Assembly: GCA_965226375.1 (NCBI GenBank)
Contig: CBDDCX010000008.1
Span: forward strand, 96,001 to 160,000
Direction of reading: 5' to 3'
Source: Longimicrobiales bacterium
Lineage (GTDB): Bacteria; Gemmatimonadota; Gemmatimonadetes; Longimicrobiales; Gaopeijiaceae
DNA: 64,000 nucleotides
Positions 41,890 through 51,964 of the stretch are shown here, piece after piece. Position 1 is the first letter of the stretch. Every line of letters begins with the position of its first letter. The position numbers and the translations under genes were made by a program. The notes beneath the pieces were generated by a model. The model did no database searches, was not told the DNA's origin, and worked only from the letters and a program-made list of their open reading frames with translations.

Positions 41890-43501
41890 AGACGGCGCCA
41901 CCTCCTCGACCCCGGAGGGGACCGCCCCGACCGAGCTGAGAGCTTTGCGTGGGCCCGCGGCCGAACCTTCGGCTTCGTACAGAGGGGGCCTGCGGGACGT
42001 GAGTCCCGAAACGCTCTCCCGGGCGACGGGATCACCGGAAATCGCGGGGAACTCCGTGGGCCTACAGTTCGATGGGCCTTACACTTTTGAAGCGTGGATC
42101 GAAGCCATCGAAGCTGCCGAGCGATACGTACACTTCGAGAACTACATCCTGCGGAACGACAAGGTGGGGCGAGTCTTCCGTGACGCCCTGGTCGCGAAGG
42201 CGCGGCAGGGAGTCGAAGTCCGCGTGCTCTACGACTGGGTGGGCTGTTGGGCGACGCCTCGCCGCTACTGGAAACCCTTTCGCGCGGCCGGCGTCGAGGT
42301 GCGCGCCTTCAACCGCCCGTCCGTTCGAGACCCTTATGGCATCATCCAGAGGGACCACCGCAAGCTGGTGGTCGCCGATGGCGCGGTGGCCTTTATCGGG
42401 GGTTTTTGTGTGGGGCAGGAATGGGCGGGCACCGACGACGAACCCCCCTGGCGCGACACTGGAGTGGAGATCCGGGGGCCCGCCGCCGAGGTCGCCGCCC
42501 GGGCCTTCGGACGCATCTGGGACGTGATGGGAGAGCCCCTCCCCAGCCATGCTCTCGCAGGCCGGACTGCCCCGGCAGCTGGGGATACGTCCATCTGGCT
42601 CATCGAGGGCGAGCCCCGTCGAAGTCGTGTGATGAGGACGCTCTCTCTCGTGGCTGCAATGGCCCGGGAGCGCCTGTGGATCACCGATCCCTATTTTGTG
42701 GCGCCGGGCATTGTGGTAGAGGCCATGACCGAGGCTGCGCGGGCGGGTGTGGATGTGCGGCTCCTGGTGCCCGCGAACAACAACTGGCCCCTCGTCGGGA
42801 GCCTGTCGAGAGCCGGATACCGTAACCTGCTGGAGCACGGCGTGCGCCTCTTCGAGTGGCAGGGCCCGATGATCCACGCAAAGAGCGCCGTGGCCGATGG
42901 GGTCTGGTGCCGCGTCGGCTCCAGCAACCTGAACGCCTGGAGTCTGCTGGGGAACTGGGAGATCGATGTCGGCGTTATGGATGCGTCACTTGCCGGGCAG
43001 CTCGAGGGTTTGTTTCTCGCGGATCTGGCGTCTTCATCCGAAATCGTGCTCCCCGGGAGTCGCACAATCCACACCGTCTCGCAGGCACAGCACCTGCCCA
43101 CGCTTACCGAGATTCCCAAGACCCCGCTCGAGCCGGAGGGGGGACTGACGGAGCGACTCGAGGCCTTCATGGAAACGGGAGCCACACGACCCATGCGGCT
43201 TGCTCAGTTCGTGCGTGCCGGGGCCTCTTTCGGAGGAGCTCTCGCCGGCCACCGCACCCTGGGGCGTGAGGATCGGACGATCCTTGGAACCGTGTCTGTC
43301 ATGGCCATCGGAGCCGCCGCCCTCGTCGGGTTCTTTCCGAGAGTGTTCGGGTGGGCCACGGCGTTCATCTTGCTGTGGTTGGGAGTGGTCACGGGTGTTC
43401 GCGCGATATGGCACCGGTGGCATGCTCGCCATAGGGCCGACCGGGGTGGGGAGGTTGAAGGATCACACTCAAAACATGTGGAACACCAGGAAGATAAATG
43501 A
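41876..43501 (+). CDS. Cardiolipin synthase-like phospholipase D
   Basis: Two HKD motifs (HRKLVVAD, HAKSAVAD...GSSN); C-terminal TM helices. Confidence 0.88.
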   Translation: MNPPEDGATSSTPEGTAPTELRALRGPAAEPSASYRGGLRDVSPETLSRATGSPEIAGNSVGLQFDGPYTFEAWIEAIEAAERYVHFENYILRNDKVGRVFRDALVAKARQGVEVRVLYDWVGCWATPRRYWKPFRAAGVEVRAFNRPSVRDPYGIIQRDHRKLVVADGAVAFIGGFCVGQEWAGTDDEPPWRDTGVEIRGPAAEVAARAFGRIWDVMGEPLPSHALAGRTAPAAGDTSIWLIEGEPRRSRVMRTLSLVAAMARERLWITDPYFVAPGIVVEAMTEAARAGVDVRLLVPANNNWPLVGSLSRAGYRNLLEHGVRLFEWQGPMIHAKSAVADGVWCRVGSSNLNAWSLLGNWEIDVGVMDASLAGQLEGLFLADLASSSEIVLPGSRTIHTVSQAQHLPTLTEIPKTPLEPEGGLTERLEAFMETGATRPMRLAQFVRAGASFGGALAGHRTLGREDRTILGTVSVMAIGAAALVGFFPRVFGWATAFILLWLGVVTGVRAIWHRWHARHRADRGGEVEGSHSKHVEHQEDK

Positions 43502-44226
43502 CCGATTCGGTTGGCATTCTTGTTGCGTTGATGGCGGGAGTCTTCTCGTTCCTGTCGCCGTGTGTGCTGCCTTTGGTACCGAGCTACTTGTCGTTCGTCA
43601 CGGGGATGTCCCTGGAGGATCTCCAGGACGGAGTGGATCGCAAAGCCACGTTCATGCACTCGCTTCTCTTCGTGGCGGGTTTCAGCATGATCTTCATCAC
43701 ACTCGGTGCGTCCGCCTCTTTCCTGGGGGTGTTCCTCCGCGTCTACGAGGTGTGGATCGCCCGTGTCGGTGGCGTTCTCATCATCATTCTGGGACTTCAC
43801 CTTGCCGGGATCTTCCGCATCGCTCCGCTCATGCGTGAGCGCCGGATTCACGTGAACGACAAGCCTGCCGGGTATATCGGCACGCTGGGTGTCGGCGCCG
43901 CCTTCGGTGCGGGGTGGACCCCCTGCATCGGTCCGGTTCTTGGCGCCATCCTCACCCTGGCAGGCACGCAAGAATCCGTGTGGTCCGGGGTGTTGCTCCT
44001 CAGCGTGTACTCGCTGGGGCTGGCCATCCCGTTCCTCGTTTCGGCCCTGGCTCTGGACCTCTTCCTCGGCACGTTCTCCAAGTTCCGGCGTTTCCTGCCG
44101 GTGGTAGAGAAGGCCTCGGGCGTGATGCTCATCATACTGGGGCTGCTACTGGCGACGGGCTCGTTCACGATCCTGAGCTCGTATCTGGTGCGCTTTACGC
44201 CGGAGTGGGTGCTGCAGAGGATTTAG
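43498..44226 (+). CDS. ccdA: Cytochrome c biogenesis protein CcdA
   Basis: SFLSPCVLPLVP and GWTPCIGPVL. Confidence 0.92.
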   Translation: MTDSVGILVALMAGVFSFLSPCVLPLVPSYLSFVTGMSLEDLQDGVDRKATFMHSLLFVAGFSMIFITLGASASFLGVFLRVYEVWIARVGGVLIIILGLHLAGIFRIAPLMRERRIHVNDKPAGYIGTLGVGAAFGAGWTPCIGPVLGAILTLAGTQESVWSGVLLLSVYSLGLAIPFLVSALALDLFLGTFSKFRRFLPVVEKASGVMLIILGLLLATGSFTILSSYLVRFTPEWVLQRI

Positions 44227-44520
44227 TGTCCTGTCCCGGCAATACGCTGGCATTGATCTCGCTACGCTTCGATCGTCTCGCGGTCAACTCGGCAATCAAA
44301 AGAAGCGTGCAGGTCGCTCGGCTCGTGGACCGCTGCATCCACCCAGGCCGCGTTGTTCCTCCTCAAAATGGCGGTGCCATTCCTCGTCGTCTCGCCTTGC
44401 CAGGGCGGCGCGACCACCACCACTCGGGAACTCGAGTGCCACCGCCTCCGTCCCGTCATGACGGGCTTCCTGACCCATTTCGGGCCACTGGTGATGCCAG
44501 GGCTCTTGCATGGGGTGTTG
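44226..44520 (-). pseudogene. Possible degenerate transposase C-terminus (ISKra4-like) next to an IS-type end
   Basis: Frameshifted pieces GITSGPKW / DGTEAVALE..DDEEWHRHFEEEQR resemble ISKra4-type tails; TAGTGTCCTGT end motif. Confidence 0.25.
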
Positions 44521-44942
44521 GGACGACTGATAGGGTCGTGAGACTGGAGGAAGTTGGTGCGACAGGTTCTCCGGCGGTTGGTGAGCTCCCCCGCTCTCAT
44601 TTCGTCGGGGTGGTCTTCCGTCAGGTCGTACCTCACCACAATGAGTGTGCGGGAAGGAAACTCAAGGCACTGCTGGTGAGGTTTCGGGCCGTGCGGGGAA
44701 TCATGCGCCCGAGGAGATCGGCCATCGACCCAGCCCCCAGGGAGAGGAGACGAGACTGGCCCAGGGCTATATGAGGAGGGACCTTACCCCGATTCTCCCT
44801 ACCAGGCAGCCGGAAGACCCCGTCCCACAAGGGCTCCCGCCTGGTAATGGGCGTGTTACCACCCGTTACCACCCCACCGGGAGCGCACTGAGCAAGTGGC
44901 GCTTCTCCTGCCTTCCCTTGGATTCTGGCGAATTCAGACCTA

Positions 44943-45706
44943 CCTGAGTAGGGATCCGATGTCTCGTGTCACCGGGAGAGCACGGGAGACGCCTTCCTGG
45001 GGCTTCCGTGCCTAGGATCAGCCCCCCGCAGCCCGAGTCCCCGGCCGACTATCGCAGCACGTCTGAACGCTTCACCCATCTTCTCAACCCGTTCGCCCTC
45101 TTCCTTTCAGAGCTTCCTCGGATCGAGGAACACCGGGTCATTGAACCTGTCCATCACCAGTCTCAGTTGGAGGAAACAGACCTAGCTCTATGCCCAGGGT
45201 CAAATCCCCGAGATCGATCGCCCGACGCCACGCCTCCCGCCTCAACTCGTGGGCCTTTAGTTCCTCCGGCGATAACTTCGACGGATCGACGAACACCGGA
45301 TCATCGAATTTACCCATCCCCTGCCTCCTCGGGTGGTGCGAACAGACCAAGCTTATCCATCGCTCCTCTTTTGCTATCCTCCACCTCAAGAGTAATACAC
45401 CTTGAACCTTCGTGGAGTTGTCCCCCCCCCCCACAGTGGACGCCTCATCTCTTGGGAGAAGGGAGTCCAGCTCCCCCGATCCCGTTACCAGGCACCCCGA
45501 CAACCCTGTCCGATAAGGGCTTCAGCCTGGTAATAGGGGACTTCCCATCCGTTCCCACCCTAGCCAGCCATCAGGCAGGCCCTTCCGTGCCCTTCCCTGA
45601 ATTCGGTGAATTCATATCTACCCTGAGTAGGGATCCGATGTCTCGTGTCACCGGGAGAGCAAGGGAGACGCCTTCCTGGGGCTTCCGTGCCTAGGACCAG
45701 CCCCCC
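44943..45706. repeat. 85-bp direct repeat (44943-45027 = 45622-45706, 2 mismatches) within ~235-bp diverged repeats
   Basis: CCTGAGTAGGGATCCGATGTCTCGTGTCACCGGGAGAGC... occurs twice, 679 bp apart; second copy abuts the integrase stop. Confidence 0.92.
45138..45317 (-). CDS. 59-aa hypothetical protein
   Basis: GAGGAGG RBS before ATG; MGKFDDPVFVDPSKLSPEELKAHELRREAWRRAIDLG; a paralogous relic follows immediately. Confidence 0.55.
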   Translation of the reverse strand: MGKFDDPVFVDPSKLSPEELKAHELRREAWRRAIDLGDLTLGIELGLFPPTETGDGQVQ

Positions 45707-46782
45707 TAAGCGAGCCCGAGTCCTTCGAGAGCCAGCTGGTGGTGGGTGGAGACGACTGGTGGTGAGTAGACCGCATACCTCATCGTCATGGTGATCGTGG
45801 CATGGCCGAGCTTCTGCTGTAGCTCCACGAGTGGCATCCCGGCCTTAGAGCAGTGGACGGCGTAGGTGTGCCGGAGGTCGTGGAAGCGTACGTCCTCGAG
45901 TTCCGCTGCCTTTCGGGTCTTCTCCCACGCATGTCTAAGTCCACCCTCCGTGACTCCAGGGAAGAGAAGGTCGGAGGGATCGAGCTGGTTCTCCTCCACC
46001 CATCGCTTGAGTTTCGAGAGCGCCTCGCCTGCCAGGGGGATCATCCTCCGAGCTCGGGCCGACTTGCCCTTCTGTACCACGAGGCTCTCAGTCTCGAAGT
46101 TCACGTCGCAGACCCGCAGGGCCAGGATCTCCCCCCTGCGCAGGCCGGTCGCGATCGCCAGCTGAAAGAGGACCCACCAGTCTCCCGCCATCTCTCTGAG
46201 GCGTTCAATCTCCTGGGCGGTAAGCCACCGGGTCCGATGGGCCTCCGGACGGCGCATGGAGAGCGCACCGAAGATCTCCCCTCTGCGCGACTCGCCGAAG
46301 CGCTCTCGCACCAGCCTGGAGATGCCGCTCATCTCACGGCGCTCCGTAGCAGCCGAGAGACCTAGCCTACCGTATAGACGCAGGAACTTTCGCAGATTGT
46401 CGGGATCACTGAGCCACGAGACCCTGGCGTGCCCGGGGGCAAACTCCTCCAAGCGAGCGAGGGCAGGAAGATAGCGCTTGTCCTCTAGGCTGGAGCGAAA
46501 CTCGGCGACCGCGTCTCGCAGCAGAGGATCTTCTGCCTCGCGGGCGAGGTGTTCGAGGGTCCCCTTCACCTTGGCGGTGTGGAGTTCAGTGACCGAGAAC
46601 CTACCCTCGCGCAGGGCATCGAGTAGATCGTGGCGACCGATGGCGGCCAGCTCACGAAGGGTCGCTTCCTGCTGCGCTGCCAAGCTCTTCCTGGTCGTTC
46701 GAGTCGACAGGGGACCGATCCTGCGTCCGTAGCCGTGCGGCTTGAGGTCGACGTAGTAGATGCGCCCGCGTCGGAAAGGCAT
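45706..46782 (-). CDS. int: Tyrosine recombinase/integrase
   Basis: TGLRRGE, HDLRHT, LGH..ITMTMRY catalytic set; TGATG coupling with the upstream gene. Confidence 0.92.
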   Translation of the reverse strand: MPFRRGRIYYVDLKPHGYGRRIGPLSTRTTRKSLAAQQEATLRELAAIGRHDLLDALREGRFSVTELHTAKVKGTLEHLAREAEDPLLRDAVAEFRSSLEDKRYLPALARLEEFAPGHARVSWLSDPDNLRKFLRLYGRLGLSAATERREMSGISRLVRERFGESRRGEIFGALSMRRPEAHRTRWLTAQEIERLREMAGDWWVLFQLAIATGLRRGEILALRVCDVNFETESLVVQKGKSARARRMIPLAGEALSKLKRWVEENQLDPSDLLFPGVTEGGLRHAWEKTRKAAELEDVRFHDLRHTYAVHCSKAGMPLVELQQKLGHATITMTMRYAVYSPPVVSTHHQLALEGLGLA

Positions 46783-46994
46783 CAGGTGCCTCCCATCAGG
46801 CAAGCGGCCTCATAGGCCACGACATCCGCCCAGCGGTAGCGGCGTGTCTTGGGACCCAGCTTCACAGAGGGCAGCTCGGATTCAGGGATCCGATACACAG
46901 TGTCGCGATGCACCTGCCATCTCTCTGCAATCTCGGCAGCTGTCACCAATGAGTCCCTCCCCGGGTGTCGACGCGGCATCGAAACGGTGTTCAT
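46782..46994 (-). CDS. Excisionase-like HTH DNA-binding protein
   Basis: LVTAAEIAERWQVHRDTVYR...LPSVKLG..RRY; coupled between primase and integrase. Confidence 0.8.
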   Translation of the reverse strand: MNTVSMPRRHPGRDSLVTAAEIAERWQVHRDTVYRIPESELPSVKLGPKTRRYRWADVVAYEAACLMGGT

Positions 46995-49462
46995 CGAGTC
47001 CCCCCATCGGAAAAAGAATGCCGATCGACCCAGGCGAACAATTTCATGGTTATTCGCCTTCCTGAACCGACTGAGCCGGAGTCAGTGCCGGAGTCATCGG
47101 GGTCCGATGCTTCATCCGGCATGAGGCCCCCGTCCTCGTCGACCACATACGCCTCGTTGGCCATAGCCCTCTCGATGTCAGCAGGCCTCGGGATTGGGAT
47201 GGGCTCCAAGCTCACGTCCCGGATGGGTTTGAACTCCCAGGCTCCGCCTTTCTCAGCCCTCCTTGACTCCCAATAGCCCACTTCAACGAGTCTCTTGGAC
47301 CACTTTCGAACGGTCTTATCTTCGGCGATGTTATTGATGCTTGCCGCCGTTATGAGTTCCGGCTGTCGCACCCAGACCTCCTCCCGCCACCTCGTTCCGG
47401 GCCTGCCGGTCGGGGAGAGATTCCTCACTAACTGGTCCAGGGCGGCCGCCGTCTCGTTCAGGCCGCTCATCGAGGGCTCGAGGACGGCCTGAAGCAGGGG
47501 GTAGACCATCGAGTAATCCAAAGCGGTGGCTATGAGATACCCCCCATCGTCTCTCTCTCGGTCGATTTGATGGAGGAGAGCGCAGGCGCGAAGGAGATTC
47601 ATGACTCGTTGGAAGTCCCTTCGAGCCCGAGGGATCCGATCAGGGAAGGACTCCGCGATATGGTGGGCAAAGGGCACCCGAACCTGAGCGGGTTTCAGTT
47701 GGCGCATCGCACACTGCCACACCTGCTGTGTCCGATCCATCTGCTCCTGGTTGCAGCTGACACCTGCCCAGCGCAAAGCCTCCGAGTTGACAACGAGCCG
47801 CGTCAGGTCGCTAGACTCATCGGTGTGGAGGATGAACACCCGCGTCTCGTTCTCATCGTTCACCGCTACACTCGTCGTCGTCGTAATGATGCTCGCCATG
47901 ATGTAGGCTTTGACCGTGTGGGAGCTTCCATCGATTACGGTCAGCCGTTCCACGTGGCCCTCCGACATCGCCTGGCGCACGACGTAGTCGGCCTGCTCCT
48001 CCCCGTGGTTCTCCTGTATGACGAGGACCCCGTCCATGTCCCCGTGATAGATGAGGGCCTGTGGCGAGAGGCCGGTCAGACACCTGCTTCGCTCGGGGGG
48101 AAGCAGGTCGAGGACGCTCCGTACAAGTTGGTTCTTACCAGTCGAGCTCTCGCCTTTGATGATCTCGTGGATCGCGTCGGCATGGCGCATCGCGGTGAGA
48201 CCGGCCACGCCCGCGAGAAGAACCATTCCCCGGTTTACCTCCTCACCGACATGGCCCCTCCTGTCGGTCTCGGCGATCATTTCATCGAGGAGGTTCGGCC
48301 TTCTCAGGAGCTCGCAGGCTAGAGCCTCAATCTCGGGATCGACGGGCTCTGTAGCCTGGTCTGAGTCAGTGTGATCCTGTGTGGAATCGGGACGGGGCTC
48401 AGTGGAATCCCAAACCTCCGCAGGTCGATCGACTCCGGCCTCCTTGAGAATCCGACGGACCTCTGTGCCGATCGTGGCCTCAAGGGTGGATGGGGGATTC
48501 TCACGGCGCCATTGCCGAATGCTCTCGAGTGTGAGGTGAAGTAGAGCAGGCGAAAAGCCTTCTGAGAGGGACCGAACTCCCAGGCCCTCCAGCAATTCCT
48601 CTGGTGTGGAGGTGGGTGGGTAGCGGGTGATCCCTTTCGCGATGCGTCGGACCTCCTCCACTGAGAGCGGAGGGCTGCAGTTGGCCTGATTGAGGCGCCC
48701 GATAACCTCGAGAATCTTCTCACTGGAAAGTCCATCCCGCCGAAGCTTCCCCGCATGGCTCACCAGCCGAGTGTTCCGCTCGCCCTCATGCCAAGCCTTA
48801 TCCCCGTTGCCCTCGGAGGTCGAGTGAGAGACGGTATGAGACGTGATCAGTTTAAGCAGCCACGCCGGCAGGGCTGCTAGCTCGATTTCGTCGGGAGAAC
48901 AGCCAGGTGCCCACGCGTATCGCTCCCCACTGATGTGGCGACTCGGCGGGGCAACGATGTACCCGCCATCACCTCGGACATCCAAGCCGGGCCGGAATCC
49001 GGCCCGGTTCCTCACCGGAGTACCAGGGTGCTGGAAAAGGTAGTGTCGGCCCCCTCCCCCGGTGCGCTGCTGAACTGTGGCGGGCAGGGGACCGTGTAGG
49101 GCTTCGAGCTGGGCTAGAGACTCATCGCCTCCGTGGTCCGGATCGATGTCGAGCACGATCAGCCCGGACTCGGCACCCGTGCGAATCCCGACGTTCGCAT
49201 CCGGCCATTCCCGCCACCAGCCACGGATCTGGTCCGGATCGGTAGATGCATCATGGAGCCCCCTGTGCGTATAAGGACGCTTTCCGGGGCTCGAGCAGTC
49301 CTCGTCTCCGCACGAGCAGCTGCCATCTTCTCCGGGGCTATGCAGGGGCAGGACGGCAAGGCCGTGGTGGTTGTAGCCGAGGGCTGCCTCCATGATTTGA
49401 AGCCCCGGCGGCGCTGGTTCTTCGTGAGGGTGGACATTGGTCCTGTCGTCTCGGTCGTTCAT
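46991..49462 (-). CDS. Prim-Pol primase/polymerase + PriCT + P-loop NTPase replication protein
   Basis: ANVGIRTG..IVLDID, TGGGGRHYLF, LDVRGDGGYIVAPPS; EGERN...N...PPL...EV; Walker A GESSTGKN; GGAGG RBS. Confidence 0.88.
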   Translation of the reverse strand: MNDRDDRTNVHPHEEPAPPGLQIMEAALGYNHHGLAVLPLHSPGEDGSCSCGDEDCSSPGKRPYTHRGLHDASTDPDQIRGWWREWPDANVGIRTGAESGLIVLDIDPDHGGDESLAQLEALHGPLPATVQQRTGGGGRHYLFQHPGTPVRNRAGFRPGLDVRGDGGYIVAPPSRHISGERYAWAPGCSPDEIELAALPAWLLKLITSHTVSHSTSEGNGDKAWHEGERNTRLVSHAGKLRRDGLSSEKILEVIGRLNQANCSPPLSVEEVRRIAKGITRYPPTSTPEELLEGLGVRSLSEGFSPALLHLTLESIRQWRRENPPSTLEATIGTEVRRILKEAGVDRPAEVWDSTEPRPDSTQDHTDSDQATEPVDPEIEALACELLRRPNLLDEMIAETDRRGHVGEEVNRGMVLLAGVAGLTAMRHADAIHEIIKGESSTGKNQLVRSVLDLLPPERSRCLTGLSPQALIYHGDMDGVLVIQENHGEEQADYVVRQAMSEGHVERLTVIDGSSHTVKAYIMASIITTTTSVAVNDENETRVFILHTDESSDLTRLVVNSEALRWAGVSCNQEQMDRTQQVWQCAMRQLKPAQVRVPFAHHIAESFPDRIPRARRDFQRVMNLLRACALLHQIDRERDDGGYLIATALDYSMVYPLLQAVLEPSMSGLNETAAALDQLVRNLSPTGRPGTRWREEVWVRQPELITAASINNIAEDKTVRKWSKRLVEVGYWESRRAEKGGAWEFKPIRDVSLEPIPIPRPADIERAMANEAYVVDEDGGLMPDEASDPDDSGTDSGSVGSGRRITMKLFAWVDRHSFSDGGTR

Positions 49463-50268
49463 ATCAACCTCCACACTGAGCGTGTATACTCTCCCCTACA
49501 CCCCTCTATCGTCTTCTTAACGGCTTAAGTAAAATCATTAAGATCTAGGGTATGAATGCGAGGATACCAGAGGACGTCTGGTCACTTGCCTTGAAGCTTG
49601 TGGCCGGGTGCCTAGACGTACGTGGCCGGGAGGTCGAGCCAATGCACCGCTCAACTTCTCGCTGACCTCGGCGTGACCCGCTCGTTGAGCCGGCCTCAGG
49701 TGTCGGATGACAACCCGTTTTCCGAGGCTCAGTTCAAAACCTTGAAGTACCATCCCTCGTTTCCCGGACGGTTCGGGGATCAGGGCCAAGCCAAGACGTT
49801 CTGTCGATCGTTCTTCCGCTGGTACAATGCCGAGCACCGCCATGGCGGCATCTCGATGCTAACCCCCGAGCAGGTCCACTTCGGGAACGCCGATCAGGTC
49901 ATTGCCGGCAGGAAATCCGTGCTCCGCGAAGCATGGGCCGCTCATCCCGAACGCTTCGTCAGAGGTGTGCCGAAGCCCAAACCGCTCCCGGAGGCCGTCT
50001 TCATCAATCCTCCCATCCCTTCCCTCACCACACAGGACATTGCTCTCTAATTAATCCCGTAGAGTGTCCCATTGTCGTTGACAGGTTCCGTATCAACCTC
50101 CACACTGAGCGTGTATACTCTCCCCTACACCCCTCTATCGTCTTCTTAACGGCTTAAGTAAAATCATTAAGATCTAGGGTATGAATGCGAGGATACCAGA
50201 GGACGTCTGGTCACTTGCCTTGAAGCTTGTGGCCGGGTGCCTAGACATACGTGGCCGGGAGGTCGAGC
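49462..50268. repeat. 178-bp direct duplication (49462-49639 = 50091-50268, one SNP) flanking an IS3 fragment
   Basis: Direct comparison; G at 49618 versus A at 50247. Confidence 0.92.
49635..50090 (+). mobile_element. 456-bp 3' fragment of the same IS3-family element as 3765-4220
   Basis: Matches the reverse complement of 3765-4220, ending GACAGGTTCCG. Confidence 0.92.
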
Positions 50269-50768
50269 GGAGGGCTCGCCTCCTTGCCCAGGACCTATGG
50301 GCTGACCGGGAGCGGATATGTCACGTGTTGAAGCCAGGCCTTCAGGAATCAGAGGCTGAGCAGGGATGGGAGGCCAAGACACTCTGGGAGGATCCGCCGA
50401 CCGGGATTTCTCAGTCAACCGGTGATGCCGTTCGGTTCGCCCGGACGTCGCTGCGGGGCAAGGCTGACCCGTGTGGCGAATTTATTCCTACTCCGTCTGT
50501 TCAGGTTCGCATAGATCGGCCTCTTCGCGTTAGCGACCTGGATAGACTGCGTAGCGAGGTCAACGCTCGTCTAGGTTACCGCAGCAGGGGAGCCCAGGAG
50601 CGCCGATGTCTGGAGCACATCGTGGAACAGGAATTGGGCCTCGAGGAGCGTGATTCACGCAAGGGTAGTTGGGAGAAAGTCGACGAACGATGGGTCGGCC
50701 ACGGCCAAGAATCCAAGAACTGGCAAGCTCACATGATGTGTTATCGACGCCTTAAGGGCCTAGTGTAG
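50181..50768 (+). CDS. Hypothetical protein divergent from the primase
   Basis: 195-aa ORF after an AT-rich divergent promoter region; no family recognised. Confidence 0.55.
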   Translation: MNARIPEDVWSLALKLVAGCLDIRGREVERRARLLAQDLWADRERICHVLKPGLQESEAEQGWEAKTLWEDPPTGISQSTGDAVRFARTSLRGKADPCGEFIPTPSVQVRIDRPLRVSDLDRLRSEVNARLGYRSRGAQERRCLEHIVEQELGLEERDSRKGSWEKVDERWVGHGQESKNWQAHMMCYRRLKGLV

Positions 50769-50946
50769 CGCCCGGGCCCCAGGCCACGACCACCCACAGC
50801 ACGGCACTCTAGGGCCCTCAGTGAATCAGGAGTGAATTCAGGGCCATCCAAATGGGGACTGGAGTTCCAGAAGCCACCGGAGGGCAAGGGGAGACACCTC
50901 GACAGCCATGCGGTGCACCGGGGGGGGGGAGAGCTCAGTGGGTTGG

Positions 50947-51594
50947 TTATACAGCCCGGATCACGAGGCAAGGCTCCGCAAGTATGCCAACATCGTCCGT
51001 CCAGCACGAACGGAGCAGAGCTGCCCCGACTAGGGATTGAACTTCATCCTCATGGATCGCATTCACGCGGTTGACGTCGGGCAGCGCATGGAGAAACGCT
51101 TCGACTGCCAACTTCGCATCGCGAGCGTGCAGGTCCTCACCTCCGGCCGCCTTGGCGTCCCCCGACACAAACGCCTCCCACAGGAAGAGGCCCGGACCAT
51201 CCTCCGGCGTCTGGTCCCATCGCAGATAACTCGGCGGAACGTCTCCGAGGGTTCGTCGGACTTCCCTTCGGACTTCCCTAAGGATCCACGGAACCTGGGT
51301 CAGACCAACGGCCAGGACGGCACACCCTGCGCCTGCACTCCACGGACGATTCCCGTCCCCGCGACGCCCGCTGGTCAGCTCTTCGGGGCGCTCCCGCAGG
51401 GGCACGAAAAGCGGACACTCGAAGCCGAGTGCCACGAGCGCCCCGGAACGGAGGTCGTCCGCCACCGCCTGGACGAGCTTCTCGATGGAGTCCTCTAGGA
51501 GGAAATCATCCGACTGCGGCTGACCTCTGGCCCAACCGAACCGGCCCCGCTTCACCGATCCGACATCGGCACAGAAGACCACGAGACCGGGCAT
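50947..51594 (-). CDS. Putative RNase H-fold (DUF429-like) nuclease
   Basis: VVFCADVGS, VALGFECPL, FLWEAFVS and HARDA give an acidic-residue pattern like DUF429 proteins. Confidence 0.55.
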   Translation of the reverse strand: MPGLVVFCADVGSVKRGRFGWARGQPQSDDFLLEDSIEKLVQAVADDLRSGALVALGFECPLFVPLRERPEELTSGRRGDGNRPWSAGAGCAVLAVGLTQVPWILREVRREVRRTLGDVPPSYLRWDQTPEDGPGLFLWEAFVSGDAKAAGGEDLHARDAKLAVEAFLHALPDVNRVNAIHEDEVQSLVGAALLRSCWTDDVGILAEPCLVIRAV

Positions 51595-51657
51595 GGAAGG
51601 GCCGCCTAGGTAAGCGCCAGATGAATCCTGGTCGGCGGCGGATACGGATACCCCGAT

Positions 51658-51912
51658 TCACGAAGCCACTGAGCGCTCGGCCTCGGCGAGAAGCCGACTC
51701 GCGGGGACTCCGAGAGCACCGGAGAGTTGCGCCAGGGACTTCAGCGTAAGGTTCCGGACGCCCCTCTCCACGCCGCTGATGTATGTGCGATCAAGCCCAG
51801 CTCGGTAACCCAGAGCTTCCTGGGATAGGCCGAGGCTGGACCGCTGTGTACGGATCGCCGCACCCACGGCCCTCAGCCACAGATCTGCCTGATTACTCGG
51901 AGGTCTCGCCAC
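51658..51912 (-). CDS. XRE-family HTH protein, restriction-modification controller (C protein) type
   Basis: LSQEALGYRAGLDRTYISGVERGVRNLTLKSL; C-box directly upstream. Confidence 0.85.
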   Translation of the reverse strand: MARPPSNQADLWLRAVGAAIRTQRSSLGLSQEALGYRAGLDRTYISGVERGVRNLTLKSLAQLSGALGVPASRLLAEAERSVAS

Positions 51913-51929
51913 ACGGGCAAGAGCCGCAC

Positions 51930-51964
51930 CTGTAGACCATGTGTCTACGGACTATACGTCACAT
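51930..51964 (-). promoter_or_regulatory. C-box double operator
   Basis: Minus strand ATGTGACGTATAGTC-CGTA-GACACATGGTCTACAG, 17 nt before the C gene start; resembles C.Esp1396I/C.AhdI-type GAC-TATA-GTC operators. Confidence 0.8.

Noticed and set aside
44226..45700. tRNA or tmRNA attachment site for the integrase
   Set aside because: No cloverleaf or T-arm-plus-CCA pattern recognised here or near 55500-55800; a tRNAscan-SE/ARAGORN run would settle it
44790..45706. Integron with attC cassettes
   Set aside because: The integrase shows no obvious IntI-specific insertion and the repeats do not show attC RYYYAAC/GTTRRRY architecture
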